This document shows positions 20,301 through 29,275 of a DNA stretch of 64,000 nt, one piece after another. Source of the stretch: Candidatus Omnitrophota bacterium (lineage in GTDB: Bacteria; Omnitrophota; Gorgyraeia; Gygaellales; Profunditerraquicolaceae); contig JBAZTA010000002.1 of the NCBI GenBank assembly GCA_041662125.1, positions 140,154 through 204,153 of the forward strand. The letters run 5' to 3'. The notes beneath the pieces are model-generated. The model ran no database searches, was not told where the DNA came from, and was given only the letters and a program-made list of their open reading frames with translations. The stretch's first letter is position 1. The number at the start of each line of letters is the position of its first letter. The position numbers were made by a program, and so were the translations under genes.

Positions 20301-21413
20301 TTAGGTTACGGCTCTTTTGCGGTAAATACGGCAGTTGGCGTTAACTTCTTCAAATATCTCTTTTGCTTCCGGCCACATGGTTTCGGTGAGCCCCATAACC
20401 AGGTAGCCGCCCGGTTTTAATGAATTGAAGAATTTCATGAGAAGCTGGTCCTGGAGGCTGCGCGTAAAATAAATAAATACATTGCGGCAGAAGACAATGT
20501 CGGTGTTTCTGATATAGTCGGAGGCAATGAGATCCAGTGGTTTAAATGATACCATGTTTTTGATCTCATCTTTTAATTTCCAGCTGTTGAGTTGCGGTGT
20601 GAAATGCGCTTTAAGGTATTCGCTCTTTAGGTTTTTTAACGCTGTTTTAGGATAATCTGCTTTAAAAGAGGCGCGCAGCGCTTTTGGGTCAAGGTCTGTA
20701 GCGGTTATTTCCAGATTGACCTTAGCGCCTGATTGTTTTAATAATTCGTTGAGCAGTATGGCTAATGAGTATGGTTCTTCCCCGTATGCGCAGGCAGCAG
20801 ACCAAATACATAATTTATTATCAGTCTTGCCGGTTTTTTGTTGAATGAGGTCTTTAATGATCGGAGTCATTGCTTCCCAGACCGGCGGGTCGCGAAAAAA
20901 CTCGGAAACATTAATGCAGAGGACTTCGAATAATTTGTCATACTCGTGCGGGTTATTGATGAGGTACATCAGGTAATCTGAAAGCGAAGTTAATTTATTC
21001 ATGTTCATGCGCATGGCGATGCGCCGTTTGATCAGGTCAGAATGATAGTGATGGAAATCCAGCCCTCTGTCTTGATAGATTTTATCCAGGACTAACTGAA
21101 AGGTTTGTTCCTTGTTTTCTTTTACCTGGTGGCGGGGGCTTTTGCTTATAATATCAATGGCGGCGATTGTCGCTCGCCCGACTTCTGCTTCTTTTTCAAG
21201 TTTGGTTTGTTCGATGATGGTGTGGAGGGCTCCTAATTCAGTGGTCACATACTTAGCTGGTACGCGGGATAAGACGTATGCGAGCATATCGTTCTTGCAT
21301 GCGCTGCATCTGCAGATATCAATCCGGGTTGATAGCGCGCTATTCAGGAAATCGACCGCGATATCTTCAATGATGTTGCGTAATTTGTCAGCCATAGAAA
21401 AAGTATAACACAA
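20301..21413 (-). CDS. CheR-type protein-glutamate O-methyltransferase with an N-terminal Cys-containing domain
   Basis: CheR SAM-binding block LCIWSAACAYGEEPYSLAILL and VFCRNVFIYF are present. The N-terminus contains CRCSAC. Confidence 0.7.
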   Translation of the reverse strand: MCYTFSMADKLRNIIEDIAVDFLNSALSTRIDICRCSACKNDMLAYVLSRVPAKYVTTELGALHTIIEQTKLEKEAEVGRATIAAIDIISKSPRHQVKENKEQTFQLVLDKIYQDRGLDFHHYHSDLIKRRIAMRMNMNKLTSLSDYLMYLINNPHEYDKLFEVLCINVSEFFRDPPVWEAMTPIIKDLIQQKTGKTDNKLCIWSAACAYGEEPYSLAILLNELLKQSGAKVNLEITATDLDPKALRASFKADYPKTALKNLKSEYLKAHFTPQLNSWKLKDEIKNMVSFKPLDLIASDYIRNTDIVFCRNVFIYFTRSLQDQLLMKFFNSLKPGGYLVMGLTETMWPEAKEIFEEVNANCRIYRKRAVT

Positions 21414-21593
21414 AAAAAAAGACTGGAAAGAACTTTATTGATACAGTAACGGCTCAGAGCTTATTGCTATGAACAAAGAAATCAAGAATACGGGGGGATG
21501 CGGGAACAGATGCTATAAGACTTAAAAAAAGTATTAAGTTTGTATAAATAATAGTATAATAAGAATACCGGAAAATTCTTTACTATACAAAAG

Positions 21594-22007
21594 GTGGCTA
21601 TGGCAAAAGAAAAACAGTCTTCAAGTATCGTTTATGCGTTAGCTGATTACAAACAGCTGGTTTTGGCATATAAAACAAAATATACTGAACTGGTTAAAAA
21701 AGTAACCTTTTGGCGGACATCAGCTTTATGGTTTATTTTAATGCTGTTATGCGCGAGTGTTATTTTAATCTTTGAGCTGGCAAATAACAAAAATAGGCTG
21801 GCAGAAAGTAAGAGCCGAGTTGTCCGCTTAGATGCAGCGCTGGAGACGATGTCTCAAAAACTTGATAAACTTAAACAGGAACTTGTTACCGTTAATCGAG
21901 AGTTGGAAAATAAAGATACCGTGATTAAGCAGTTGGAGCAAAATGTATCTAACACTTCAAAGAAATTGTTAGAAAAACTATTGACCGCACCAAAAAATAA
22001 TCAGTAA
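21594..22007 (+). CDS. hypothetical membrane-anchored coiled-coil protein
   Basis: One TM helix (LWFILMLLCASVILIF) is followed by heptad-rich sequence. An AT-rich promoter-like region lies upstream. Confidence 0.4.
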   Translation: MAMAKEKQSSSIVYALADYKQLVLAYKTKYTELVKKVTFWRTSALWFILMLLCASVILIFELANNKNRLAESKSRVVRLDAALETMSQKLDKLKQELVTVNRELENKDTVIKQLEQNVSNTSKKLLEKLLTAPKNNQ

Positions 22008-22093
22008 GTACCCATTCCTTTAATAAAACATCTTTTTGTTGCACCCGAGGAACTGCCGCGTTATAATAACATGCACTAATTCCAGGACTGGAT

Positions 22094-22459
22094 ATGAAAA
22101 GTAAGATACTTATTGTTGATGATGAACCGGATGTCATTTTTTTTGTTAAAAAACAATTAGAAGCGCATGGATATGAAGTAAGCGCTGCTTCTGATGGAGC
22201 GGCAGGATTGCAAAAAGCTTTTGAAGAAGCCCCCGATCTTATTCTTTTGGATGTTGTCATGCCCCATCGCGATGGTTTCAGCGTGCTGCATGAATTGCAA
22301 TCGGCAGAGAAAACAAAACACATCCCTGTTATTATGCTTACCGCTAAAGCTGAATCAACCGCGGTATTCCAGGGGCAAGAATTAGGCGCGGCAGATTATA
22401 TTATCAAGCCGTTTGATGTTCAGGTATTGTTGAAATTTATTAAGAAATACACGGTATAA
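22094..22459 (+). CDS. stand-alone response regulator receiver (CheY-like)
   Basis: ILIVDDEPD is present, the phospho-Asp is in LILLDVVMP, T is in MLTAKA and K is in IIKPF. Confidence 0.8.
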   Translation: MKSKILIVDDEPDVIFFVKKQLEAHGYEVSAASDGAAGLQKAFEEAPDLILLDVVMPHRDGFSVLHELQSAEKTKHIPVIMLTAKAESTAVFQGQELGAADYIIKPFDVQVLLKFIKKYTV

Positions 22460-22520
22460 AATTGGTATATCCGGCGTCTCTGTGAAAGATGTTCCGGATA
22501 TCTATGCAGGAGATACGGTT

Positions 22521-22946
22521 ATGGGGAGTGATTATTCAGGTTCGGAGCGGCGCAGGGGTAAGCGTGTCAGAGTGAGCCTTTCGGTGATTTATCGAATTAA
22601 TGAGCCTTTGGCAGTGCGGCTTTTAACCGCGAATAAGGAAATCAAGGCGACCATGATTGATTTAAGCAAGAGCGGGATGGCGATCTTTACTGACTATGAA
22701 ATCCCGGTAAATACCGTCTTAATGATACGTTTTACTTTGTTTAAGGTTGAGAAAGATGATGTTAGTTTTTACGGGCCGGTTGAAATAACCGGTGAAATAA
22801 AATATTGCGTAAAAGAAGTTGATGAATGCCGTTTAGGGGTCCAATTTATCTCTATCTCCGATAAAGACAAGCAGGAGATAGAGAATTTCGCTGCTATGGC
22901 GATCAATCTCACCAAGAAGAATCCTCAGCAAGACCCGATGTCCTGA
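22521..22946 (+). CDS. PilZ-domain protein
   Basis: ERRRGKRVRVS (RxxxR) and DLSKSGMAI (DxSxxG) are present. An AGGAG SD lies 9 nt before the ATG at 22521. A GTG at 22482 is the alternative start. Confidence 0.65.
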   Translation: MGSDYSGSERRRGKRVRVSLSVIYRINEPLAVRLLTANKEIKATMIDLSKSGMAIFTDYEIPVNTVLMIRFTLFKVEKDDVSFYGPVEITGEIKYCVKEVDECRLGVQFISISDKDKQEIENFAAMAINLTKKNPQQDPMS

Positions 22947-23196
22947 TCTTCCTGTTCCCATTTTCCTCTCTTTTGGAAATATACTTTCCTTTTTTTCTCC
23001 GTCACCCGAGGTGTCCATATATATTGATTTGTTTTTGGAAAAAAGATTGATTATATGCTATAGTTTAATTAGATAGAGTAGTTCGTTCAATATAGTTTTC
23101 AACCTACTGAAAAAGGCAAACTAGCAGTAATGCTGGGGCGCAAAGCGACAGCCCCGATTATTTAATCGGGGGGCTGCGTTGCCAAAGAGGAAAAGC

Positions 23197-23230
23197 AAGC
23201 CCTTGAAAGTGCCTTTGAGGGCTTTTTTCT
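23197..23230 (+). terminator. rho-independent terminator (hairpin gccct/agggc plus a T6 run)
   Basis: The stem-loop aagccctTGAAAGTGCCTTTGAgggctt is followed by tttttt. Confidence 0.45.
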
Positions 23231-23240
23231 TTTCTCACTA

Positions 23241-23272
23241 CCCCGGCTGATTAAGCCGGGGTTTTGTTTTTT
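23241..23272 (+). terminator. rho-independent terminator (8 bp GC-rich stem plus a T-run)
   Basis: ccccggct-gatta-agccgggg is followed by ttttgtttttt. Confidence 0.6.
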
Positions 23273-23283
23273 AAAGGGGAGAT

Positions 23284-23928
23284 ATGCTTTTATTCAAACC
23301 GTTGATGGCTCTCAAAAGTCCTGTCCAGTGCGTTTTCGCAATACAATCAAAAAGAAAGATTTTTACCGCAAGCGAATGCCTTATCCTGGTTTTATTAATA
23401 GCGTTTTATGTGAATACTCATACTGTTTTTGAATTTCCTCAGCCGTCTGTTACTATTCAAGGATTCCTCCATGAGAAGCCTTTAGCAAGCCTTCCTGCGG
23501 ATCCGCGCCTTTCAATTGAAATGAGCGCTGAACTGTGGAGCTATTTAAGGACAGGCTTGCATTACCTGGAGTCTTCCAATATAAATTACCTTCCGAGTTT
23601 TGAGCATCCCGGAAAGAAAGCGTATGGGGCGCTTGGGTTAAGCAGGATCGCGGCGGAAGATGTTCGGCTGCATTATCCATCGTTATCAGGATTTACGCAG
23701 GAAGATGTTTTTAGTAAACAGGAGGTTTATGAGATTTTCGCGCAAAAATACGCCGATCTTTTATTGCGGCAGTATTTGAAGATCGATTATGCTTCCATGG
23801 TGGCTCCTGAGGTTTTTAGTGTGCTGCAAAAAGCCTGGTTCTTAGGCCCGGGGTTATTTAAAAAAGGAGTAGGTGTTATTGCTTCCCGGGAAAAAAGGGC
23901 GCAGGAATATATGGCAAGAATGCGTTAA
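23284..23928 (+). CDS. hypothetical protein with an N-terminal TM segment
   Basis: The ORF has an N-terminal hydrophobic helix (CLILVLLIAFYV). No motif was recognised. Confidence 0.4.
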   Translation: MLLFKPLMALKSPVQCVFAIQSKRKIFTASECLILVLLIAFYVNTHTVFEFPQPSVTIQGFLHEKPLASLPADPRLSIEMSAELWSYLRTGLHYLESSNINYLPSFEHPGKKAYGALGLSRIAAEDVRLHYPSLSGFTQEDVFSKQEVYEIFAQKYADLLLRQYLKIDYASMVAPEVFSVLQKAWFLGPGLFKKGVGVIASREKRAQEYMARMR

Positions 23929-23996
23929 AGGTGTTTTTAGTAGTGTCTGTCCTAAAAATATTGAATTATTGAGCGTATTGTGGTAGAGTACTTATT

Positions 23997-24353
23997 ATGC
24001 AAGAACGTAGAAATAAAATAAGGATTAATGCGTCTTTAGTAGTCAGTTATCGTTTGCTGAATACTGTTTTTAAGACCGCTTCCCGCAGCAAAAACATTTC
24101 AGTGACAGGGATATGCCTGCCTTTTCCTCAGAGGCTGGAGCCGGGAAGATTCCTCGATTTGGAAATTCAGTTGCTTGATTTTAGCGACCCCATCAAGATC
24201 ACCGGTAAGGTCATTTGGATTAAAGCAATCAGCTCCGCGGAATTTCCTTTTCAGGTGGGGATTGAGTTTGTTACCATAAACCCCGTCGATCAGGATAAAT
24301 TATTTAAGCATATCTTTAAAGAAGGGACTCCGGGGATAGAGATGCTTCCCTAG
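23997..24353 (+). CDS. PilZ-domain protein
   Basis: ERRNKIRIN (RxxxR) and KNISVTGICL (DxSxxG-like) are present, and the size is typical of a single PilZ domain. Confidence 0.65.
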   Translation: MQERRNKIRINASLVVSYRLLNTVFKTASRSKNISVTGICLPFPQRLEPGRFLDLEIQLLDFSDPIKITGKVIWIKAISSAEFPFQVGIEFVTINPVDQDKLFKHIFKEGTPGIEMLP

Positions 24354-24452
24354 GGTTCTTTCAAGAATGCTGCTTCTGCGATACTTGAAAAGCAGCCGCC
24401 TTCCTTGTAATATAAGAATAACTTATGTAGACGCCAGGATAATAGTTATAAT

Positions 24453-25901
24453 ATGAAGCCGAAAACTTCTTTTGCGCAAAGAATTTTTTTGATCTTGTGT
24501 GGTGTTTTTTTCTTTCTCTTTTCTCTGGAAATTGGATTGCGCCTGAGTGGATTGGTTATTGTATCTGTTTGGGAAAAGCGCAACGAGGTTTCTTTGAGGA
24601 AGCACGGGGCGTACCGGATTATGTGTTTAGGAGAGTCAACCACAGCCGGAAAAGCTGAAGCTTATCCTGCTATGCTTGAAGAAACCCTTAGCCGCCTTGT
24701 GCCGGGGATATCTTTTAGTGTCATTAATTGCGGGATCCCTTCAGTAAATTCCTCCTATATCCTTTCTCATCTTAAGAGTAGCCTCGATAAATATAACCCT
24801 GATATGGTGATTGCGATGATGGGTGTTAATGATGGGGAAGATTATGTTTTCTCCGAGACTAAGCAAACTTCTGCGGTTAAGCTTTTTTTCAGGTCGTTTA
24901 AAGTTTATCGGCTCATGAAGCTGATGATGCGTCATTTGACGAGTAAGATTGGAGCTAAGGGTTTTTCAGGTTTAAACGATTCTGCTGCCCGTCCAACGGG
25001 GTGGTCGATCTTTATAAAGAATGATTTTAGTTGCGCAGGGGTTGGCAGGCGTATTGGCAAACCGGCTCCCGCGATTATTCAGCGTGAGTATCTCAGGGCA
25101 AAAAAAGATTTTGAACGAGGCCAGTATGATCAAGCTGAACAAAGATACAAGAGAATAATTGAGCTGAACCCGGACAATGATGAGGCATATCTTGAGTACG
25201 CGTTATTTTATCAGAAACAGGATAAATTTCCGCAAGTTGTCGCGCTGCTGCAAAAGGCCATTGATTTAGCCCCTCATAAAGGAATGGCCTATGTATACTT
25301 AGGTTGGTGTTATGAGCAAATGCACGCATATGATAAGGCACAAAGAATGTTCAGAAAAGCTGCTGAAGTAGAGCCGCGTAATCCCGAAGCATATATCGGG
25401 TTAGGGTATTTGTGCGAGCGTCAGGGGTTATATGCAAAGGCTGAGCCTTTATTTAAGAAGGCGGTGGGTTTAAATCCTATGTACGAGAACCGGAGTTATA
25501 AATTCTTGATAGGTTTATATAGAAGCACGGGTGATAATGCTCGTGCAGAGGGATATTCTCGTTTGATAGGAAAACGAAACTATTATAATTCGGTGACAAT
25601 GGGTAATTATCAAAAGCTGAAAAATATTGTGGTTGATGAACGGGGAAAGAAGCTTGTATGCATGTCCTATCCCTTGGAAAGCATAGATCCACTGAGAAGG
25701 TTATTTGACGGGCAGCCGGATGTTATCCTGGTGGATAATGGGCATGTTTTTAAAGACGCGGTAGAAAAAGAAGGGTGTAACTCCTATTTTATTGATATGT
25801 TTGCCGGTAGTTTCGGGCATTGCACAAAAAAGGGCAATAATTTTTTAGCGAACAATGTCGCTAAGGCCATCGTAAAGGTATTAGAGAAGGCGCAGCCGTG
25901 A
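24453..25901 (+). CDS. SGNH/GDSL-like hydrolase with inserted TPR repeats and an N-terminal TM anchor
   Basis: Block I is CLGESTT, block III is MMGVNDG, and the C-terminal block V is VILVDNGHV. TPR-like repeats (EAYLEYALFYQKQDKF, MAYVYLGWCYEQ, EAYIGLGYLCERQG) lie between them. Confidence 0.55.
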   Translation: MKPKTSFAQRIFLILCGVFFFLFSLEIGLRLSGLVIVSVWEKRNEVSLRKHGAYRIMCLGESTTAGKAEAYPAMLEETLSRLVPGISFSVINCGIPSVNSSYILSHLKSSLDKYNPDMVIAMMGVNDGEDYVFSETKQTSAVKLFFRSFKVYRLMKLMMRHLTSKIGAKGFSGLNDSAARPTGWSIFIKNDFSCAGVGRRIGKPAPAIIQREYLRAKKDFERGQYDQAEQRYKRIIELNPDNDEAYLEYALFYQKQDKFPQVVALLQKAIDLAPHKGMAYVYLGWCYEQMHAYDKAQRMFRKAAEVEPRNPEAYIGLGYLCERQGLYAKAEPLFKKAVGLNPMYENRSYKFLIGLYRSTGDNARAEGYSRLIGKRNYYNSVTMGNYQKLKNIVVDERGKKLVCMSYPLESIDPLRRLFDGQPDVILVDNGHVFKDAVEKEGCNSYFIDMFAGSFGHCTKKGNNFLANNVAKAIVKVLEKAQP

Positions 25902-26185
25902 TGCGGCAACCCCTGTCTGTTAATGACGGCAAGGGAAGGGATATGCAAGCCAAAGGCCGCTGGTTCTCCGGAAGACGTCTGGAGATAAATGAAACAATAA
26001 GAAAAAGAGTGTTTGTTGTAGTATTAAGTATATAATGAATGAGTGTCCTGCCTAACGTAAGAACTTGTTTTTTGTGAGCTAAAGGTTTTATATGAAAGCT
26101 AAAAGGCTGTCTTGGTGTGCATCGATTTTGTCTTCTTTTGGGGAAAGAAATATCTTGCATTGTAGTAATCAGGGGAACTTATGCG

Positions 26186-29100
26186 ATGAAAATAAAAAAG
26201 GTTGACCATAAAAGGAAATTAATCTCTCAAAATAAGAATAATGCTACGGTTAAGGTGGCACCTGTTTCGGGGGAAGGTTTGAATAATTCTTGCGAAAACA
26301 GTTTTCCTGTTGTCGGCATTGGGGCGTCGGCAGGCGGGCTGGCGGCATTCGAGGCTTTCTTTTCTGCCATACCCGTTGATCAGAATATGAGGATGGCTTT
26401 TGTCTTGGTGCAACATTTAGCACCGGACCATAAGAGTATCTTGAGTGATCTGATTAGGCGTTACACTCGGATGCAGGTCTTTGAAGTGGAGGATGGGATG
26501 GTGGTGAGGCAAAACTGCGTTTACATCATTCCGCCAAACCGGGATATGGCTTTATTAAATGGGCATCTACAGTTATTAGAGAAAGATGTTTCTCGAGGCC
26601 ACGGTTTGTCTATTGACTTTTTCTTTCGTTCCCTGGCCCAGGATCAGCACGAGCGGGCTATTGGCATTATTCTTTCCGGCACAGGCAGCGATGGCGTTAT
26701 GGGTGTGCGGGCGATCAAGGGCGAGGGCGGCATGGTGTTAACGCAGAAGCCCGAATCCACTGAGTACGATGGTATGCCTCGCAGCGCTATCGCTACCGGC
26801 CTCATGGATTATGTGCTGTTGCCTGCAGAGATGCCTTTACAGCTTCTGGTTTACGCAAGGCATGCGTTCGGGCAAAAAGCATTTTTTTCCTCTATTGGAA
26901 CTCTCAAGGCTGAAGATGCGCTTAAAAAGATATTCATTATCCTGCGCGACAAGTCCGGGCACGATTTTTCTCAATATAAGCCAATTACTATTAGCCGGCG
27001 TATCGAAAGGCGTATGGCTGTTCATCAGATCAATCGGCTGGAGGATTATGTGCGCTATTTGCAGAAAACTCCGGTTGAGGTTGAGGCTCTCTTTTATGAT
27101 CTCTTGATCGGCGTTACAAGCTTTTTCCGGGACCCTGAGGTTTTTAATACGCTTGAGGCCCAGGTTATCCCGCGCCTTTTTGCCGATAAGCCCGCAGGCT
27201 CAGTGATCCGTGTTTGGGTCCCGGGATGTTCTACGGGTGAAGAGGCCTATTCCCTTGCCATTTTACTGCAGGAAAAGATGGAAGAGCTTAAGCAGTCCTT
27301 TAGGTTACAGGTGTTTGCCTCTGATATTGACTCTCGTGCCATTGCGCAGGCTCGCAGGGGTGTTTATCCTTCCAGCATTGCCGCGGATGTTTCTCCCCAG
27401 CGTTTGGCGCGGTTTTTCATCAGTGATCGGGCGGGTACTACCTTTAGCGTCCACAAAAACATTCGTGATGTAATGGTTTTTTCCGAACACGATCTGATTA
27501 AAGATCCGCCGTTCTCTAAGCTCGACCTGATCAGCTGCCGCAACCTATTAATCTATATGGGAGGGGAGCTGCAGAAAAAGATTATTTTATTATTTCATTA
27601 TGCTTTAAATCCTGCGGGGATCCTTTTGTTGGGTACGTCAGAAACCGTGAGTGAGTCGTTGATGAAATTCTTTAATGTAATGGATCGTAAGGCAAAGATG
27701 TATGAGCGCTGTGAGGACAGTATAAAGGTACCCCGTTTGAGCATGTCCAAGGCTTTTTCGCCGATGAGGCCATGCGGGGCGGAGGTTGCCTTTTTAGCTC
27801 AGGAATCCGGCGAGAATAAACTTCACCTGCGCGAGCTCATGGAACGGACGATACTGCAACAATACGCTTGCGTCGGCTTGCTCGTTAATGACCGCGGCGA
27901 CATTTTGTATATTCATGGCCGTACGGGCCGGTATCTCGAGCCGTCTCCCGGTGAGTCGGTGATGAATATCCTGAGAATGGCGCGCGAAGGATTGCAGCCG
28001 GAATTGAGTGTTGCCTTGTGTAAAGCCGTTAAGCAGCACAAGGTCGTTTGCTGCAAGGGCTTGCGGGTTAAAACGAACGGCAATTTTAGCATCGTCAATG
28101 TAACCGTGCGGCCGGCAATAAAAACTTTTGACACGGCGGCTGAACCGCGGTTGTTCATGGTCATTCTGGAAGAGTCCCTTATTGAAAAGCCAGAGCTTCT
28201 TAAGAAGGGCAAAGATATCCAGGGCCGTAATCGCGGGGGAAAAAGCTCCTACCGCGCTGATGCGCGTATCAAGGCGCTCGAGCGGCAATTGCAGGTAACC
28301 AAGGAGCATCTTCAATCGACCTTGGAGGAAATGCAGGTTTCCGGCGAAGAGCTTAGGTCTTCCAATGAGGAACTGCAGTCTCTCAACGAAGAAATGCAAT
28401 CCACGAACGAGGAAATGGAAACCGCAAAGGAGGAATTGCAATCTGTTAATGAGGAATTGAGTACAGTCAATTGCGAACTGCAGACCAAGGTAGCTGAGTT
28501 GTCGCGGGTCAATAATGATATGAATAACCTGATATCGGGCATCGGCATAGGGACCATTTTTGTGGATCATCAATTGCGTATTCAGCGCTTTACTCCTGCC
28601 GTTACCCAGGTCATTAATCTGATCTCGACCGATGTGGGGCGATCCGTGGGGCATATTGTTTCGAACCTGGTGGGTTATGATTGCTTGGTCGCGGATATCC
28701 AGTCCGTGCTGGACACGCTGCTTCCTCAAGAAACTCAAGTTCAGAGCAAATCTGGTGTGTGGTATCAGCTCAACATTCGGCCCTATCGCACACTCGAGAA
28801 CATGATCGAGGGCGCGGTGATCACCTTTGTTGATATTTCTCAGATGAAGCAGGCAGACGAGGCGCTGCGCAGGGCCAATAATGATTTGTCCCGGCTGGCT
28901 ACGGTAGTACGCGACTCCTACGATGCCATAACGGTACAAGATTTAGAGGGCCGCATATTGGCCTGGAATCAGGCGGCAGTGAAGCTGTACGGTTGGGCCG
29001 AAGCCGAAGCCTTGTCCATGAATATCTCTGACCTGATTCCAAAGAGCAAGCTTCAGGATGAGGCTGCCATAGTTAAGAAATTGCGCCAGTGTGAGATCAT

Positions 29101-29230
29101 AGCGCCGTACCGTACGCAGAGGCTCGCCAAAAACGGCCGGATCATTGAAGTATTGCTTACCGTGAACACTTTGGTCAATGAGGCCGGGAAGGTATATGCC
29201 TTAGCGACTACTGAAAAAGAAGTGAAATAG
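26186..29230 (+). CDS. CheB methylesterase-CheR methyltransferase fusion protein with a coiled coil and PAS domains
   Basis: The CheB block is VVGIGASAGGL...VLVQHL. The CheR block is VWVPGCSTGEEAYSLAILL. A heptad-repeat coiled coil (EELRSSNEELQSLNEEMQS...) is followed by a PAS-like C-terminus. The start is placed at ATG 26186 after an aggggaa SD. Confidence 0.8.
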   Translation: MKIKKVDHKRKLISQNKNNATVKVAPVSGEGLNNSCENSFPVVGIGASAGGLAAFEAFFSAIPVDQNMRMAFVLVQHLAPDHKSILSDLIRRYTRMQVFEVEDGMVVRQNCVYIIPPNRDMALLNGHLQLLEKDVSRGHGLSIDFFFRSLAQDQHERAIGIILSGTGSDGVMGVRAIKGEGGMVLTQKPESTEYDGMPRSAIATGLMDYVLLPAEMPLQLLVYARHAFGQKAFFSSIGTLKAEDALKKIFIILRDKSGHDFSQYKPITISRRIERRMAVHQINRLEDYVRYLQKTPVEVEALFYDLLIGVTSFFRDPEVFNTLEAQVIPRLFADKPAGSVIRVWVPGCSTGEEAYSLAILLQEKMEELKQSFRLQVFASDIDSRAIAQARRGVYPSSIAADVSPQRLARFFISDRAGTTFSVHKNIRDVMVFSEHDLIKDPPFSKLDLISCRNLLIYMGGELQKKIILLFHYALNPAGILLLGTSETVSESLMKFFNVMDRKAKMYERCEDSIKVPRLSMSKAFSPMRPCGAEVAFLAQESGENKLHLRELMERTILQQYACVGLLVNDRGDILYIHGRTGRYLEPSPGESVMNILRMAREGLQPELSVALCKAVKQHKVVCCKGLRVKTNGNFSIVNVTVRPAIKTFDTAAEPRLFMVILEESLIEKPELLKKGKDIQGRNRGGKSSYRADARIKALERQLQVTKEHLQSTLEEMQVSGEELRSSNEELQSLNEEMQSTNEEMETAKEELQSVNEELSTVNCELQTKVAELSRVNNDMNNLISGIGIGTIFVDHQLRIQRFTPAVTQVINLISTDVGRSVGHIVSNLVGYDCLVADIQSVLDTLLPQETQVQSKSGVWYQLNIRPYRTLENMIEGAVITFVDISQMKQADEALRRANNDLSRLATVVRDSYDAITVQDLEGRILAWNQAAVKLYGWAEAEALSMNISDLIPKSKLQDEAAIVKKLRQCEIIAPYRTQRLAKNGRIIEVLLTVNTLVNEAGKVYALATTEKEVK

Positions 29231-29275
29231 TTGTTAGCTTGTATTTTTCAACTGAAGGCTTAAGACTGATAGCTC

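Noticed and set aside
21112-21408. A 98 aa plus-strand ORF.
   Set aside because: It is antisense to the CheR-like methyltransferase gene.
22194-22385. A 63 aa ORF inside the REC gene in another frame.
   Set aside because: It is out of frame within a well-supported response-regulator gene.
27794-28939. A 381 aa minus-strand ORF.
   Set aside because: It is antisense to the CheB-CheR-PAS gene. Its length comes from the GC-rich, stop-poor antisense of a coiled-coil region, and it has no motifs.
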